Of a DNA stretch of 17,481 nt, positions 1-8,660 are shown one piece after another (position 1 is the first letter of the stretch; every line of letters begins with the position of its first letter). Source of the stretch: a virus. Lineage: Duplodnaviria; Heunggongvirae; Uroviricota; Caudoviricetes. The DNA lies in IMG/VR virus record IMGVR_UViG_2693429555_000018; one strand, written 5' to 3'. The notes beneath the pieces were generated by a model. That model ran no database searches, was not told where the DNA came from, and worked only from the letters and a program-made list of their open reading frames with translations. A program made the position numbers and the translations under genes.

Positions 1-204
1 ATGAACACCGACACTATTCCTACAAAAGGCTATATCAGACGCTTCCGCCTGGCTGAATTGCTGGGCGTTAGTGTATCCACCATCGACCGTAAAGTAAGAA
101 ACGGTTCACTACCACGTCCGGTAAAGCTGGGAGAAAAAATAACTGCGTTTGATGCGGTTGAGATTCACAACTGGCTGGCAGAACGCCGCGGGAAGGTGGC
201 CTGA
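1..204 (+). CDS. alpA: AlpA-family (phage excisionase-like, MerR-type HTH) regulator
   Basis: 67 aa; ATG at 1, TGA at 202-204 overlapping the next ATG (ATGA). The pattern RFRLAELLGVSVSTIDRKVRNGSLPRPVKLGEKITAFDAVEIHNWL fits the AlpA family signature (hydrophobic-x-G-x-S-x-sT-I, FP-x-PvKlG, E-i-x-x-Wl). Family assigned from memory, not searched. Confidence 0.8.
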   Translation: MNTDTIPTKGYIRRFRLAELLGVSVSTIDRKVRNGSLPRPVKLGEKITAFDAVEIHNWLAERRGKVA

Positions 205-635
205 TGGAAAAGAAAAACCGCCCATTACAGGCGGCTAATTCAGATATTCGCGTATCTGATGTTACGCCCCTGACAAAATCCCTTCAAGCACCAAAGCGCA
301 CACCAAAAAAGCATCGCGCCCGAGTCTATATGCTGCGTACTGGTATAGAGGGATGGACAGAAAACGACATTCTTCGCTACTGCCGTCTGTCTTCTGGTCG
401 TAACTATGCAACAGAGTTAGAACGCCAGCTTGGGATCACTCTGGAGCGTATCGACGAAAAGAATCCTGATGGTATCGGAGCACACCTTCGCTACCGTTTC
501 TCCTGCCGTGGTGATGTTCTGAAAGTGATCACTCATGTTAACCATCTTGCGAACATAAATGATCACAACGGACTTTCTCAGCAGGAAATTGCCGACATTC
601 TGAAACTCTACCCGGACGCGTTTAACGCCGCCTAA
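204..635 (+). CDS. hypothetical protein, function unknown
   Basis: 143 aa ORF; ATG at 204 overlaps the alpA stop (translational coupling). Sequence is protein-like, but I recognise no motif. Confidence 0.55.
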   Translation: MEKKNRPLQAANSDIRVSDVTPLTKSLQAPKRTPKKHRARVYMLRTGIEGWTENDILRYCRLSSGRNYATELERQLGITLERIDEKNPDGIGAHLRYRFSCRGDVLKVITHVNHLANINDHNGLSQQEIADILKLYPDAFNAA

Positions 636-647
636 CGGAGACTGAAA

Positions 648-1481
648 ATGAACATCGAAAAAAGCAGATTAATTTCTGAGGCCGCCCCTCATCCGAACGC
701 CTTTCTGGGCACAATTAACGGTAATGAATTTGCCGCAATTGTCCCGGTTATTCCTGGTCATATCGGTGGGCGTGAAACCAATATTGTTAGCGCAAAAGCG
801 TTACACAAAGCGTTGGGCGTGGGAAAAGACTTCTCTACATGGATCACTGATCGCATCTCTGAGTATGACTTCACCATTGGGCGCGATTACTCAGTCCATA
901 AAACAATTTCCCCAAATTTGGGGAAAAGCCCGAATGGCGCGGCTTACAGCAAGATTAAGCAGTCTGGCAGGCCCGGCAAAGACTATCTGTTAAGTGTCGG
1001 AATGGCGAAAGAACTGGCAATGATCGAACGCAATGATCAGGGTCGCGCTATCCGCCGTTATTTCATCCAGTGCGAGGAAGAATTACAGCGTAGCGTGCCT
1101 GAAATCGCCGCCCGCTATCGTCGCCAGCTAAAAGCCCGTATCAGTGCCGCAAACAACTTTAAGCCAATGTGCGATGCGCTGAATATGGCCCGTGCCGAGA
1201 TGGGTAAAACGACGCAGCAACACCACTACACAAACGAGAGCAATATGATTTCTCGTATCGTTCTTGGTGGGCTAACTGCTAAGCAGTGGGCGCGGATAAA
1301 TGGCTATTCTGGCGAACCTCGCGACCATATGAACGCAGAACAGCTTGAGCACCTCTCATATCTCGAAAGCACCAATATCACGTTAATTGATATGGGCATG
1401 GAATATGAGCAGCGCAAAGGAGAACTCACCCGCCTGTCGCAACGCTGGCTCGCTAAGCGTCTGGAGGCGGTCCATGTTTAA
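648..1481 (+). CDS. AntA/AntB-type phage antirepressor family protein
   Basis: 277 aa; GGAG 5-8 nt upstream of ATG 648. N-terminal segment SAKALHKALGVGKDFSTWITDRISEYDFTIGRDYSV and DYLLSVGMAKELAMIERNDQGRAIRRYFIQCEEEL match the conserved AntA-domain pattern (xLHxxLxVxxxFxxWIxxRIxxYxF...DY..., then hydrophobic-MAKELAM-x-x-R-x-xG-x-xxRxYFIxCE) as I recall it. Confidence 0.7.
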   Translation: MNIEKSRLISEAAPHPNAFLGTINGNEFAAIVPVIPGHIGGRETNIVSAKALHKALGVGKDFSTWITDRISEYDFTIGRDYSVHKTISPNLGKSPNGAAYSKIKQSGRPGKDYLLSVGMAKELAMIERNDQGRAIRRYFIQCEEELQRSVPEIAARYRRQLKARISAANNFKPMCDALNMARAEMGKTTQQHHYTNESNMISRIVLGGLTAKQWARINGYSGEPRDHMNAEQLEHLSYLESTNITLIDMGMEYEQRKGELTRLSQRWLAKRLEAVHV

Positions 1482-1656
1482 GCCGACAGGAACACCACAA
1501 CCTCAAAAACGCTACAAAGATGCCCACGGAGCACTCGTTACTGTCGAAAGCGTGTCTCACAACCGAGTGACGTTTTATCGCGACGGGTATCAATCGCCAT
1601 GCGTACAACCGCTGGCACGTTTCATGAAGGAGTTCGCGGAGGTTAACAAATGCTAA
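1474..1656 (+). CDS. small hypothetical phage protein (60 aa)
   Basis: ATG at 1474 preceded by GGAGG (1463-1467); overlaps the stop of the upstream gene (1479-1481). In frame with track ORF 1387..1656. Sequence YRDGYQSPCVQPLARFMKEFAEV resembles small lambdoid-prophage proteins, but family not established. Confidence 0.5.
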   Translation: MFKPTGTPQPQKRYKDAHGALVTVESVSHNRVTFYRDGYQSPCVQPLARFMKEFAEVNKC

Positions 1657-2311
1657 CCGCCCAGAAGAAGATATTTTCACTGGCTGGTATGTCGCAAAAA
1701 TCCAGCAATATGACAGCAAAATCAGGCATTAATACAGCAGATGCAAGCAAGGTTTATCATTTGCTGGTGGTAGGAGCGGATGCCTTAACTATGTCAGAAA
1801 TTACGGTCGATGGTGTTAGCGTTGAGAGGGTCAGCGGCTGCGCCAGAGAATTTCTGGTCGTAGATGGCTTTCTCTGCTCGCGTAGTGGCTCCACAAAAAC
1901 CTTCGTCCACACGCGCGACGTTAACGAAATGAGCGCGATGTATTGTGCATCTGGTGCTTCCAATAGTGAGTTTTCGGAGTCCATAAAAAAGAGCTTGTCG
2001 TTATGCGGCAACACGGTTTATGGTTATAAGGCACCTCATAAAACGGGTGCCGGGTTTCGCAGCCCGGAAATGTACGAGGCGACACATGACGCGCCGAGCG
2101 TCTTTTTTTGTGCCGTTAGCCAGACTCACACTTTTTTCAGTGATGTGGTTATAATCCGCGTCGCTTGCAAAATTATGGTGGGCTGGACAGGGCAGCCGAA
2201 AGGCTGGCCGGTTTCCTTGTACGCCGGTACTGCGAACTCTGTTCAGTCCACCACCAGCGAGTTTCGCAGCTCCGGTGGTGGGAAGAATTCCCAGTACAAG
2301 GAGGCTGCCAC

Positions 2312-2506
2312 ATGCTGGCTACTACCCCTACCCAAAAACCGCAATTTATCTGGATTATCGCCGCAGTTCGCCGCGATTGCCCGACAATTACCGCCAAAAT
2401 TCATCATATTGCTGCCGAGTCTGAACGCGATGCTCGCCGTTCTCTGGTGCGCGATCACGTCTGCTTTTTTGCTGGTCGTATCCGCATGGAGGTGGCACAT
2501 GATTAA
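2312..2506 (+). CDS. small hypothetical protein (64 aa)
   Basis: ATG 2312 preceded by AAGGAGG (2297-2303, 8-nt spacing). Product MLATTPTQKPQFIWIIAAVRRDCPTITAKIHHIAAESERDARRSLVRDHVCFFAGRIRMEVAHD is more protein-like than the overlapping frame-0 translation. Stop 2504-2506 overlaps the next ATG (2499). Confidence 0.45.
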   Translation: MLATTPTQKPQFIWIIAAVRRDCPTITAKIHHIAAESERDARRSLVRDHVCFFAGRIRMEVAHD

Positions 2507-2717
2507 AACCTACGATGTGCATATGGATCCCCTCGAACGCACAAGCCAGATCATCACACTGACAGAAGTGATTAATGACATTCTGGTGAGCAACTCTCCC
2601 TCACGAGACGAAAAACTGAAGGCGTTACTCGCGATATTGGATCTCGCCGTTCGTGACGTTCATTTCCTGCTGGAAGGTGGCGAAATGCCTGGAAAAACAG
2701 GGGCAACCAATGAATAA
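2499..2717 (+). CDS. small hypothetical protein (72 aa)
   Basis: ATG 2499 preceded by GGAGGTGG (2489-2496). Charged, helical-looking product MIKTYDVHMDPLERTSQIITLTEVINDILVSNSPSRDEKLKALLAILDLAVRDVHFLLEGGE. Same frame as the long ORF 1650..2717, so it could instead be an internal start. Confidence 0.45.
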   Translation: MIKTYDVHMDPLERTSQIITLTEVINDILVSNSPSRDEKLKALLAILDLAVRDVHFLLEGGEMPGKTGATNE

Positions 2718-2904
2718 CTCAATTAATGCCCCTCGACTTACGTCCGCACTTCAATTAATCGAGCAAGCAGCGGCTGTCCTGGTTGCTGTCAGTCTTTCGG
2801 CTGAAGAAATGGACGCTGCTGATGTCGTGGATGCGATTAAAGCGTGCTCATCTTTGGTTAACGATGCTCGTGCAGAGCTGGTAATTCTTGGGGGTGAAAA
2901 ATGA
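2710..2904 (+). CDS. small hypothetical protein (64 aa)
   Basis: ATG 2710 (MNNSINAPRL...) in frame with track ORF 2653..2904; overlaps the previous stop (2715-2717); AGGGG upstream. Product is acidic and Ala-rich. Confidence 0.5.
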   Translation: MNNSINAPRLTSALQLIEQAAAVLVAVSLSAEEMDAADVVDAIKACSSLVNDARAELVILGGEK

Positions 2905-3164
2905 ATATCAACTTAATTTATCGTCATCCGTGTGAGCTGGAAATTGAATCATTGCTGAGCCGTGAAGAGCCATATCCAGACACATTCACTCTTGCAGATC
3001 GCACGACTGAACGGCTTACCAGAGCGCGCACAGGTCTGGTTCATGTGATGAATGAGATTCTTCCATCGGTGGGAGGGGAACAGGCGACAGTAATCACTAG
3101 CTGGCTACAAAAAGTTACCTCTCTGATAGATATCAGTTTAATCGATGCGGAGAGTGCGAAATGA
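2901..3164 (+). CDS. small hypothetical protein (87 aa)
   Basis: ATG 2901 overlaps the previous stop as ATGA; GGGGGTG upstream. Acidic product. Confidence 0.55.
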   Translation: MNINLIYRHPCELEIESLLSREEPYPDTFTLADRTTERLTRARTGLVHVMNEILPSVGGEQATVITSWLQKVTSLIDISLIDAESAK

Positions 3165-3382
3165 CCAACATCCAGCTCATTGAAGCGCAATGTCGCATCG
3201 AACAGGTTCAGACTGTTTTAGGGTTCTGGCTTGAAGGGGCCAGCCCCAGCAACAGAGACAAGTTAATGATTGGCGCGGTTATGTCACTGCTCAATGGCGT
3301 ACCAGAAGCTATTCAGGAAGCAGACGAATTGTTGGGCAAATATGAGTTACAGAATCATTCAGGCGAGGCGAAACATGAATAA
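3161..3382 (+). CDS. small hypothetical protein (73 aa)
   Basis: ATG 3161 overlaps the previous stop as ATGA; GGAGAG upstream. Confidence 0.55.
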   Translation: MTNIQLIEAQCRIEQVQTVLGFWLEGASPSNRDKLMIGAVMSLLNGVPEAIQEADELLGKYELQNHSGEAKHE

Positions 3383-3977
3383 TTTCTTAACCTTCCATGC
3401 AGAAGCAACGCCTGACGGCGTAAACATCATACACCGCAGCAACGATGGCATGACAGAACGCGTTGAGGCCGTTTCATATATTGATGCCGTAAATCGTCTG
3501 GATGCCGGGGATTATGACGATAAACCAGATGAAGGTATGTCAATACATCTCGCTATTGCCGATGGCGGCAACCAAGGATATTTCGATTACACATCACAGC
3601 ATAACGTCATTATGTGGAGATGGCTGATCGCAACAGTATTCATGCTGGAAATGAGAGAGGAAAACGGCACTGTCAGCATCATTGATGATACTGGCAATCC
3701 TTCCGAAGTGGCTGTTTATTCCAACGGCATCGTCGCCATGCCGCTGTATCCAGTAGCAGAGCGCCTCGCTATGGCAAACAACATTGAGGGCGCGATGATA
3801 GAACGTTTTGGCATCGAGTCTGGCACAGAACGCGCCATCATTTTCTACAGAGCCATGATGGATGTGGAACAAGGAGCACTGACTCCATTTGGTCGTGAAA
3901 CGCTTGCTGAACTTCACAACAGCTTTATAGCTGAACTGAATGAAAACGGCATGCCAGCGGAACCAGTGACGCACTGA
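3375..3977 (+). CDS. hypothetical protein (200 aa)
   Basis: ATG 3375 (MNNFLTFHAEATPDG...) preceded by GAGG, overlapping the previous stop at 3380-3382. The track ORF start at 3270 lies inside the upstream gene and is less likely. Confidence 0.55.
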   Translation: MNNFLTFHAEATPDGVNIIHRSNDGMTERVEAVSYIDAVNRLDAGDYDDKPDEGMSIHLAIADGGNQGYFDYTSQHNVIMWRWLIATVFMLEMREENGTVSIIDDTGNPSEVAVYSNGIVAMPLYPVAERLAMANNIEGAMIERFGIESGTERAIIFYRAMMDVEQGALTPFGRETLAELHNSFIAELNENGMPAEPVTH

Positions 3978-3987
3978 GGATGGAGCC

Positions 3988-4329
3988 ATGATTACTAAAA
4001 ATTTCCGACTGAATGCGCTGGCAAATAAGTATGCGTCGGCACTGTATAACCACATTACCTCCACCAGCGGCGGGGACTATTTCATGGTTGATGCGGACGG
4101 CGAGGCCGTCCGTGTGGAAATCGTCAATGGAGTAAAAGGCGTTCGCAGCCTGATCGATAGCTACACACTGGCAGCCATGAAAGTGTTCTACCCGCAGTGG
4201 GAAACCGTGGTGATAGAGCTTCTTGATCGTTGCGTCACTAAGGACGGATTGACTGACGTCGGGCGTGAGATATGGCAAAGCATGGTTAATGACATGGGCG
4301 CAACTGTAGCGGGAGGTTCTCATGCGTGA
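3988..4329 (+). CDS. hypothetical protein (113 aa)
   Basis: ATG 3988 preceded by GAGGATGGAG; stop overlaps the next start. Confidence 0.6.
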   Translation: MITKNFRLNALANKYASALYNHITSTSGGDYFMVDADGEAVRVEIVNGVKGVRSLIDSYTLAAMKVFYPQWETVVIELLDRCVTKDGLTDVGREIWQSMVNDMGATVAGGSHA

Positions 4330-4693
4330 AAATGCAGAAATGGCGCTTAGCTCCGCAATCGGAGAGCAGGTGGCAAAGATTGCTGGCGCTGTGTGGATTC
4401 ATAACCTTCATTCTACTAGTGAAGAGAAAATGGCAATTCAGACGCCAGAGGGACGCACCATTACTACATCTCTGAAGCCGTCAGATGTTTGTGATCTGAT
4501 TTGCGCATTCATGTACCCAGCAATGAGGACTGTCCACGGCGATAAGTGGAAACTTGCGACAACCGCTGAATTTGATATGTGGCTAAACAATGATGGCATG
4601 CTGACTGATTACGGAATAACCAAGTGGCAGATGCTGGTTAGCCATATCGCAAACGCTATAGACCACGTGGGGTACGGTGATGCGAAACATTGA
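4322..4693 (+). CDS. hypothetical protein (123 aa)
   Basis: ATG 4322 preceded by GGGAGG; 3' end overlaps the primase start. Confidence 0.6.
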   Translation: MRENAEMALSSAIGEQVAKIAGAVWIHNLHSTSEEKMAIQTPEGRTITTSLKPSDVCDLICAFMYPAMRTVHGDKWKLATTAEFDMWLNNDGMLTDYGITKWQMLVSHIANAIDHVGYGDAKH

Positions 4694-7436
4694 TCTTATC
4701 CGTCAGGTTATCAGTGCGTCTGAAAACAACTGGCCTCATGTGCTGGGCTGCCTGAACATAAATGTCCCTGACTCTCCGCGCCGTCATGCTCCCTGCCCTG
4801 CATGTGGGGGCAAAGATCGATTCCGGTTCGATGACAACGGGCGCGGTAGCTTCATCTGTAATCAGTGCGGCGCTGGTGATGGGCTGGATTTAATTAAACG
4901 CGTAAATAACTGCGACACAACAGAGGCGGCGCTTCTTGCCGCTGATGTTCTGGGTATTGATTACCGGACAACGGAAACACCAGAAGCCACCAGCCAGAAA
5001 CGGGAACAACTGGAAACCGAGCGCCAGCGACGCGAACAGGAGCGCCTGAAAAGGGCAGAGAAGGACGAACAACAAAGACGGGATACGTTTTCCCGTCAGT
5101 TTGATGACATGCGCAGAAAGGCTGTAAACGGCAAATCTGATTATCTGGTTGCGAAAGGGGTAGGTGATTTTACATTCCCCGTGTTGCCCGATGGATCTCT
5201 GTTGCTGGCGCTGGTGGATAAATCCGGCGCAGTAACAGCAGCACAGACTATTACCTCACATGGTGAAAAAAGACTCCTGATAGGTTCAGCAAAGCGGGGG
5301 GCATATCACGCCATAAACGCACCAGAAACAACACAGAGCATCTTAATCGCAGAAGGGCTGGCAACGGCATTATCTGCCCATTTAATGCGTCCAGAGGCGC
5401 TGACAGTGGCGGCGATTGATGCCGGGAACCTGTTATATGTCGCCCAGGTACTGCGGGATAAATTTCCTTCAGCACAAATCATCATTGCTGCGGATAACGA
5501 CCACAGCGAAGGAAGACAAAACACGGGGAGAATAGCAGCAGAAAAAGCAGCTTTATCTGTTTCTGGATGGGTGGCATTACCCCCGACAGATCACAAAGCA
5601 GACTGGAATGATTACCACCAAAAACACGGCATTAAATGCGCCACAGAAGCGTTCAATAAGTCAATGTACCAACCACAGGGTAATGGCGTGAAACAGGAGC
5701 CACAAACCATTGAGGGAAGCGATTTTAAGGTTATGGATACCGACCCACTGAAACCAAGAATAGAAAGCCGCGAGGATGGCATTTATTGGGTATCTCCGAG
5801 AGCTGACAGCCAGAGTGGAGAAATCATCAATAACGAAAGCTGGTTATGTTCTCCGTTAAGCGTTATCGGTACTGGCAGAGACGATAAAGACCAGTATCTC
5901 ATTCTTCGCTGGCTGTCGTTTGGTTCTGAAACGCCGACAACCGCTGCCATTCCACTGGCTGATATTGGTGAACGTGAAGGATGGCGCACACTTAAAGCTG
6001 GTGGGGTAAATGTCACGACCAAAAGCAGCCTCAGAGCAATACTGGCAGACTGGCTACAACGCAGTGGCTCTCGTGAATTGTGGCGTGTTGCTCATGCCAC
6101 TGGCTGGCAATGCGGAGCGTACATCATGCCTGATGGGGAAATCATCGGAACACCTGAAAATCCTGTGCTGTTCAGCGGGAGAAGCTCAGCCGCAGCCGGA
6201 TATACCGTCTCAGGGAGCGCGAAAAGCTGGCGTGATAACGTGGCGCGTCTGGCCTTTGGTAACTATTCAATGATGACCGGGATCGGCGCAGCACTGGCAG
6301 CGCCATTGATTGGGCTGGTGGGCGCTGACGGGTTCGGCATTCATTTCTATGAGCAGTCGAGCGCAGGTAAGACCACCACGGCAAACGTGGCGAGCAGCTT
6401 ATACGGCAACCCTGATTTACTGCGGCTGACGTGGTACGGAACCGCGCTGGGGCTGGCAAATGAAGCCGCCGCCCACAATGACGGACTAATGCCGCTTGAT
6501 GAAGTTGGTCAGGGCGCTGATCCTGTCAGTGTTTCACAGTCTGCCTATGCGTTATTTAACGGTGTAGGGAAACTGCAAGGCGCTAAAGATGGTGGAAACC
6601 GGGATCTAAAACGCTGGCGTACAGTGGCAATCAGCACCGGAGAAATGGATTTAGAAACATTTATCGCTACTTCCGGGCGAAAAACCAAAGCCGGGCAACT
6701 GGTGCGACTGCTGAATATTCCGTTGAGTAAAGCAGTACGCTTTCACGATTACCAGAACGGAAAACAGCACGCAGACGCACTGAAAGACGCTTACCAGCAT
6801 CACCACGGCGCAGCCGGGCGTGAGTGGATTAAATGGCTGGCAGACCACCAGCAACAGGCAATTAAAACTGTTCGTGACTGCGAAAGCAGATGGAGAAGTC
6901 TGATCCCATCCGATTATGGTGAGCAGGTTCACCGTGTAGCCGCGCGATTTGCCATTCTGGAGGCCGCATTGCTGTTAGGCGAGGTTGTAACAGGCTGGGA
7001 TGCTCAGACATGCCGTGATGCGATACAGCACAGCTATAACGCATGGTTGCGCGAGTTCGGCACAGGTAACAAAGAACATCAGCAGATTATTGAACAAACG
7101 GAGGCATTTCTTAATGCCTATGGGCTTAGCCGTTTTGCACCATTTCCATACAGCCCGGCAGATTTGCCCATCAAAGATTTAGCCGGATACCGTCAGCGTG
7201 GAGAACATGACGAAAGCCCAATGATTTTCTACACATTCCCGGCCACATTTGAAAAGGAGATCGCATGTGGTTTCAACGCAAAACAGTTTGCTGAAGTGTT
7301 GAAAAAAGCCGGGATGCTAACCCCACCAAACAGCGGTCGTGGATACCAAAGAAAATCACCACGTATTCAGGGACGACAAATAAACGTTTATGTACTCAAT
7401 TACCAGCCAGGAGATTACAACTCATCTGAAGAATGA
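4680..7436 (+). CDS. P4-alpha-like / PICI-type replication protein: primase (zinc ribbon + TOPRIM) fused to a P-loop helicase-like domain
   Basis: About 918 aa from ATG 4680 (GTG 4677 also possible; GGGG 7 nt upstream). Cys4 zinc ribbon CPACGGKDRFRFDDNGRGSFICNQCG (nt ~4792-4868). TOPRIM-like acidic motifs IAEGLATA (~5347-5370) and AADNDHSEG (~5488-5514). P-loop SSAGKTT (6357-6377). This architecture is established for P4 alpha and satellite Pri-Rep proteins; an iteron cluster follows immediately. Confidence 0.85.
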   Translation: MRNIDLIRQVISASENNWPHVLGCLNINVPDSPRRHAPCPACGGKDRFRFDDNGRGSFICNQCGAGDGLDLIKRVNNCDTTEAALLAADVLGIDYRTTETPEATSQKREQLETERQRREQERLKRAEKDEQQRRDTFSRQFDDMRRKAVNGKSDYLVAKGVGDFTFPVLPDGSLLLALVDKSGAVTAAQTITSHGEKRLLIGSAKRGAYHAINAPETTQSILIAEGLATALSAHLMRPEALTVAAIDAGNLLYVAQVLRDKFPSAQIIIAADNDHSEGRQNTGRIAAEKAALSVSGWVALPPTDHKADWNDYHQKHGIKCATEAFNKSMYQPQGNGVKQEPQTIEGSDFKVMDTDPLKPRIESREDGIYWVSPRADSQSGEIINNESWLCSPLSVIGTGRDDKDQYLILRWLSFGSETPTTAAIPLADIGEREGWRTLKAGGVNVTTKSSLRAILADWLQRSGSRELWRVAHATGWQCGAYIMPDGEIIGTPENPVLFSGRSSAAAGYTVSGSAKSWRDNVARLAFGNYSMMTGIGAALAAPLIGLVGADGFGIHFYEQSSAGKTTTANVASSLYGNPDLLRLTWYGTALGLANEAAAHNDGLMPLDEVGQGADPVSVSQSAYALFNGVGKLQGAKDGGNRDLKRWRTVAISTGEMDLETFIATSGRKTKAGQLVRLLNIPLSKAVRFHDYQNGKQHADALKDAYQHHHGAAGREWIKWLADHQQQAIKTVRDCESRWRSLIPSDYGEQVHRVAARFAILEAALLLGEVVTGWDAQTCRDAIQHSYNAWLREFGTGNKEHQQIIEQTEAFLNAYGLSRFAPFPYSPADLPIKDLAGYRQRGEHDESPMIFYTFPATFEKEIACGFNAKQFAEVLKKAGMLTPPNSGRGYQRKSPRIQGRQINVYVLNYQPGDYNSSEE

Positions 7437-7461
7437 GCTTCTTCATGTGCGTAGAAAAGGC

Positions 7462-7572
7462 GTTGGTTCAGTTGGTTCAGTTGGTTCAATTTGTAAAGAG
7501 TATTGTTTTATAAGAATTTTATTCTTTTTATTGAACCAACACTGAACCAACAGCACGGTATTTTGAACCAAC
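7462..7572. repeat. iteron cluster, candidate origin of replication (ori-like)
   Basis: Three tandem GTTGGTTCA at 7462-7470, 7471-7479 and 7480-7488; a ~43-bp AT-rich spacer; then three inverted copies TGAACCAAC at 7532-7540, 7543-7551 and 7564-7572. Lies directly downstream of the primase stop (7436), the usual ori position in PICI-like elements. Confidence 0.6.
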
Positions 7573-7622
7573 ACAATGTGACTGAATTGATGCGCACAAC
7601 ACCTGGCTGGCATCAGAGAGTG

Positions 7623-7698
7623 TTTTACGAGACTTTCGTAAAATCCTGTGTACAAGGGCGTGACGTTTTTGAAAGTGAGCACTACGAAATTTTCGTAG
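7623..7698. promoter_or_regulatory. two related palindromic operator-like sites (TACGA...TCGTA)
   Basis: TTTTACGA-GACTT-TCGTAAAA at 7623-7643 and CTACGAAA-T-TTTCGTAG at 7682-7698: 8-bp inverted arms with a shared core, about 59 bp apart, between the ori and the terminator. Confidence 0.3.
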
Positions 7699-7893
7699 TT
7701 CAGAAAACAGCCCCTGAGAAGTTGTTATACCTGTTCAGCAAACCATCCGCATAGCTGATCGCGAATCAAATTACCAATGGAGCCAGAAGCAAGGGCAGAA
7801 CTGAAAAGCGCCTGCCGTGAAGAGTAATGCGACACCATAAATATAGTTTTTAGAGTCCATAAAAAACCTGTCAAAACCTGACACACAGAACGA

Positions 7894-7926
7894 TGCCACC
7901 AGCTACTGAGCGGTGGCATTTTTTTG
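7894..7926 (+). terminator. rho-independent terminator
   Basis: Stem TGCCACC (7894-7900) / GGTGGCA (7912-7918), 11-nt loop, followed by a T7 run (7919-7925). Confidence 0.55.
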
Positions 7927-8020
7927 TGCTATCTGTTTCATATTTTGCAATTACGATGATGAATATTGCGATTTGTGAAACTATAATAACTGTTGTTTTA
8001 TACAGTTCTAAGGGGGCGTT

Positions 8021-8182
8021 ATGGCTATTTCAGTAAAGCCGGTATTGATAAGTGAGAAGCAAATGGAAGCGATAAAGAAAATTCAGGAAGAGCAGCGTAA
8101 AAAATCAGGAATTGGAGTAGCGCCAACTCTGCATGAAATTGCACGAGGGTTAATAGATAAGGCGCTGGCAGGCTGTATGTGA
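8021..8182 (+). CDS. small hypothetical protein (53 aa), possibly DNA-binding
   Basis: ATG 8021 preceded by AAGGGGG (8010-8016); product MAISVKPVLISEKQMEAIKKIQEEQRKKSGIGVAPTLHEIARGLIDKALAGCM. Not in the ORF track (under 60 aa). Function is a guess. Confidence 0.4.
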   Translation: MAISVKPVLISEKQMEAIKKIQEEQRKKSGIGVAPTLHEIARGLIDKALAGCM

Positions 8183-8198
8183 AAATGGATGGCATCGC

Positions 8199-8660
8199 AT
8201 GGAACTAAAATTTATTGATAACCCTGTGCGATTACAGGCCTTTCTCAACGAGCCTGGCAATACCGAAAATATTGTTGAGCCGGGGCACACGTACTACATC
8301 AAGCCTGATGCGGTATATCTCGGTATCTACGAAGGATTGGTGCTGGCTGGCGTTCATGAAGTGCGTAACTTCTGGCATAGCATTGTTGAATGCCATGCGG
8401 TGTACGACCCCGGATTCCGTGGTGAATATGCACTGCAAGGGCATCGATTATTCTGCAAATGGCTTCTCGAAAACTCACCATTCCTTAACAGCATTACCAT
8501 GGTTCCTGACACAACGAAATACGGACGGGCAATTATCAGTTTGCTTGGCGCTACCCGTGTTGGTCACCTTGATGATGCTTATATCAGATGTGGTAAACCC
8601 GTCGGCGTAACGCTTTATCAGTTAACTCGGCAACAATATAAGGAATTCAGCGAGTGTTAA
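8199..8660 (+). CDS. phage protein; by position possibly a P22 gp14-like protein
   Basis: 153 aa, protein-like ORF directly upstream of the three coupled putative ejection-protein genes. Assignment rests only on size and synteny with the P22 order 14-7-20-16. Confidence 0.5.
   Translation: MELKFIDNPVRLQAFLNEPGNTENIVEPGHTYYIKPDAVYLGIYEGLVLAGVHEVRNFWHSIVECHAVYDPGFRGEYALQGHRLFCKWLLENSPFLNSITMVPDTTKYGRAIISLLGATRVGHLDDAYIRCGKPVGVTLYQLTRQQYKEFSEC

Larger units (their letters stand above)
1650..2717 (+). other. 355-codon open frame of uncertain coding status; probably not one protein
   Basis: ATG at 1650 with GGAGG 1634-1638 and ATGCTAA overlap with the upstream stop. The first ~150 codons look protein-like. 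Downstream the frame turns low-complexity and hydrophobic, and is overlapped by a better-supported frame-2 ORF (2312..2506) with a strong RBS. The last 73 codons coincide with the separately supported ORF 2499..2717. Confidence 0.3.

Noticed and set aside
724-993. Track ORF (89 aa, + strand) inside the antirepressor gene
   Set aside because: Out-of-frame overlap with a well-supported gene; low-complexity product, no RBS.
1453-1719. Minus-strand 88-aa ORF overlapping the 1474..1656 gene and the 1650 start
   Set aside because: Antisense to a coupled operon and not protein-like; likely spurious.
4890-7182. Several short ORFs on both strands inside the primase gene (4890..5075, 5251..5524, 5783..6022, 6010..6273, 6172..6459, 6651..7044, 7000..7182)
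   Set aside because: All nested within the 918-aa primase-helicase ORF, which has clear domain motifs; these are typical shadow ORFs.
7443-7919. Track ORFs 7443..7682 (-), 7503..7754 (+) and 7725..7919 (-) in the origin region
   Set aside because: They run through iterons, palindromes and the terminator, lack RBSs, and their products contain translated repeat sequence; treated as non-coding.
8215-8610. Alternative-frame ORF (131 aa) and minus-strand ORFs inside the 8199..8660 gene
   Set aside because: The 8199 frame gives the more protein-like product and fits the synteny; the others are shadow ORFs.
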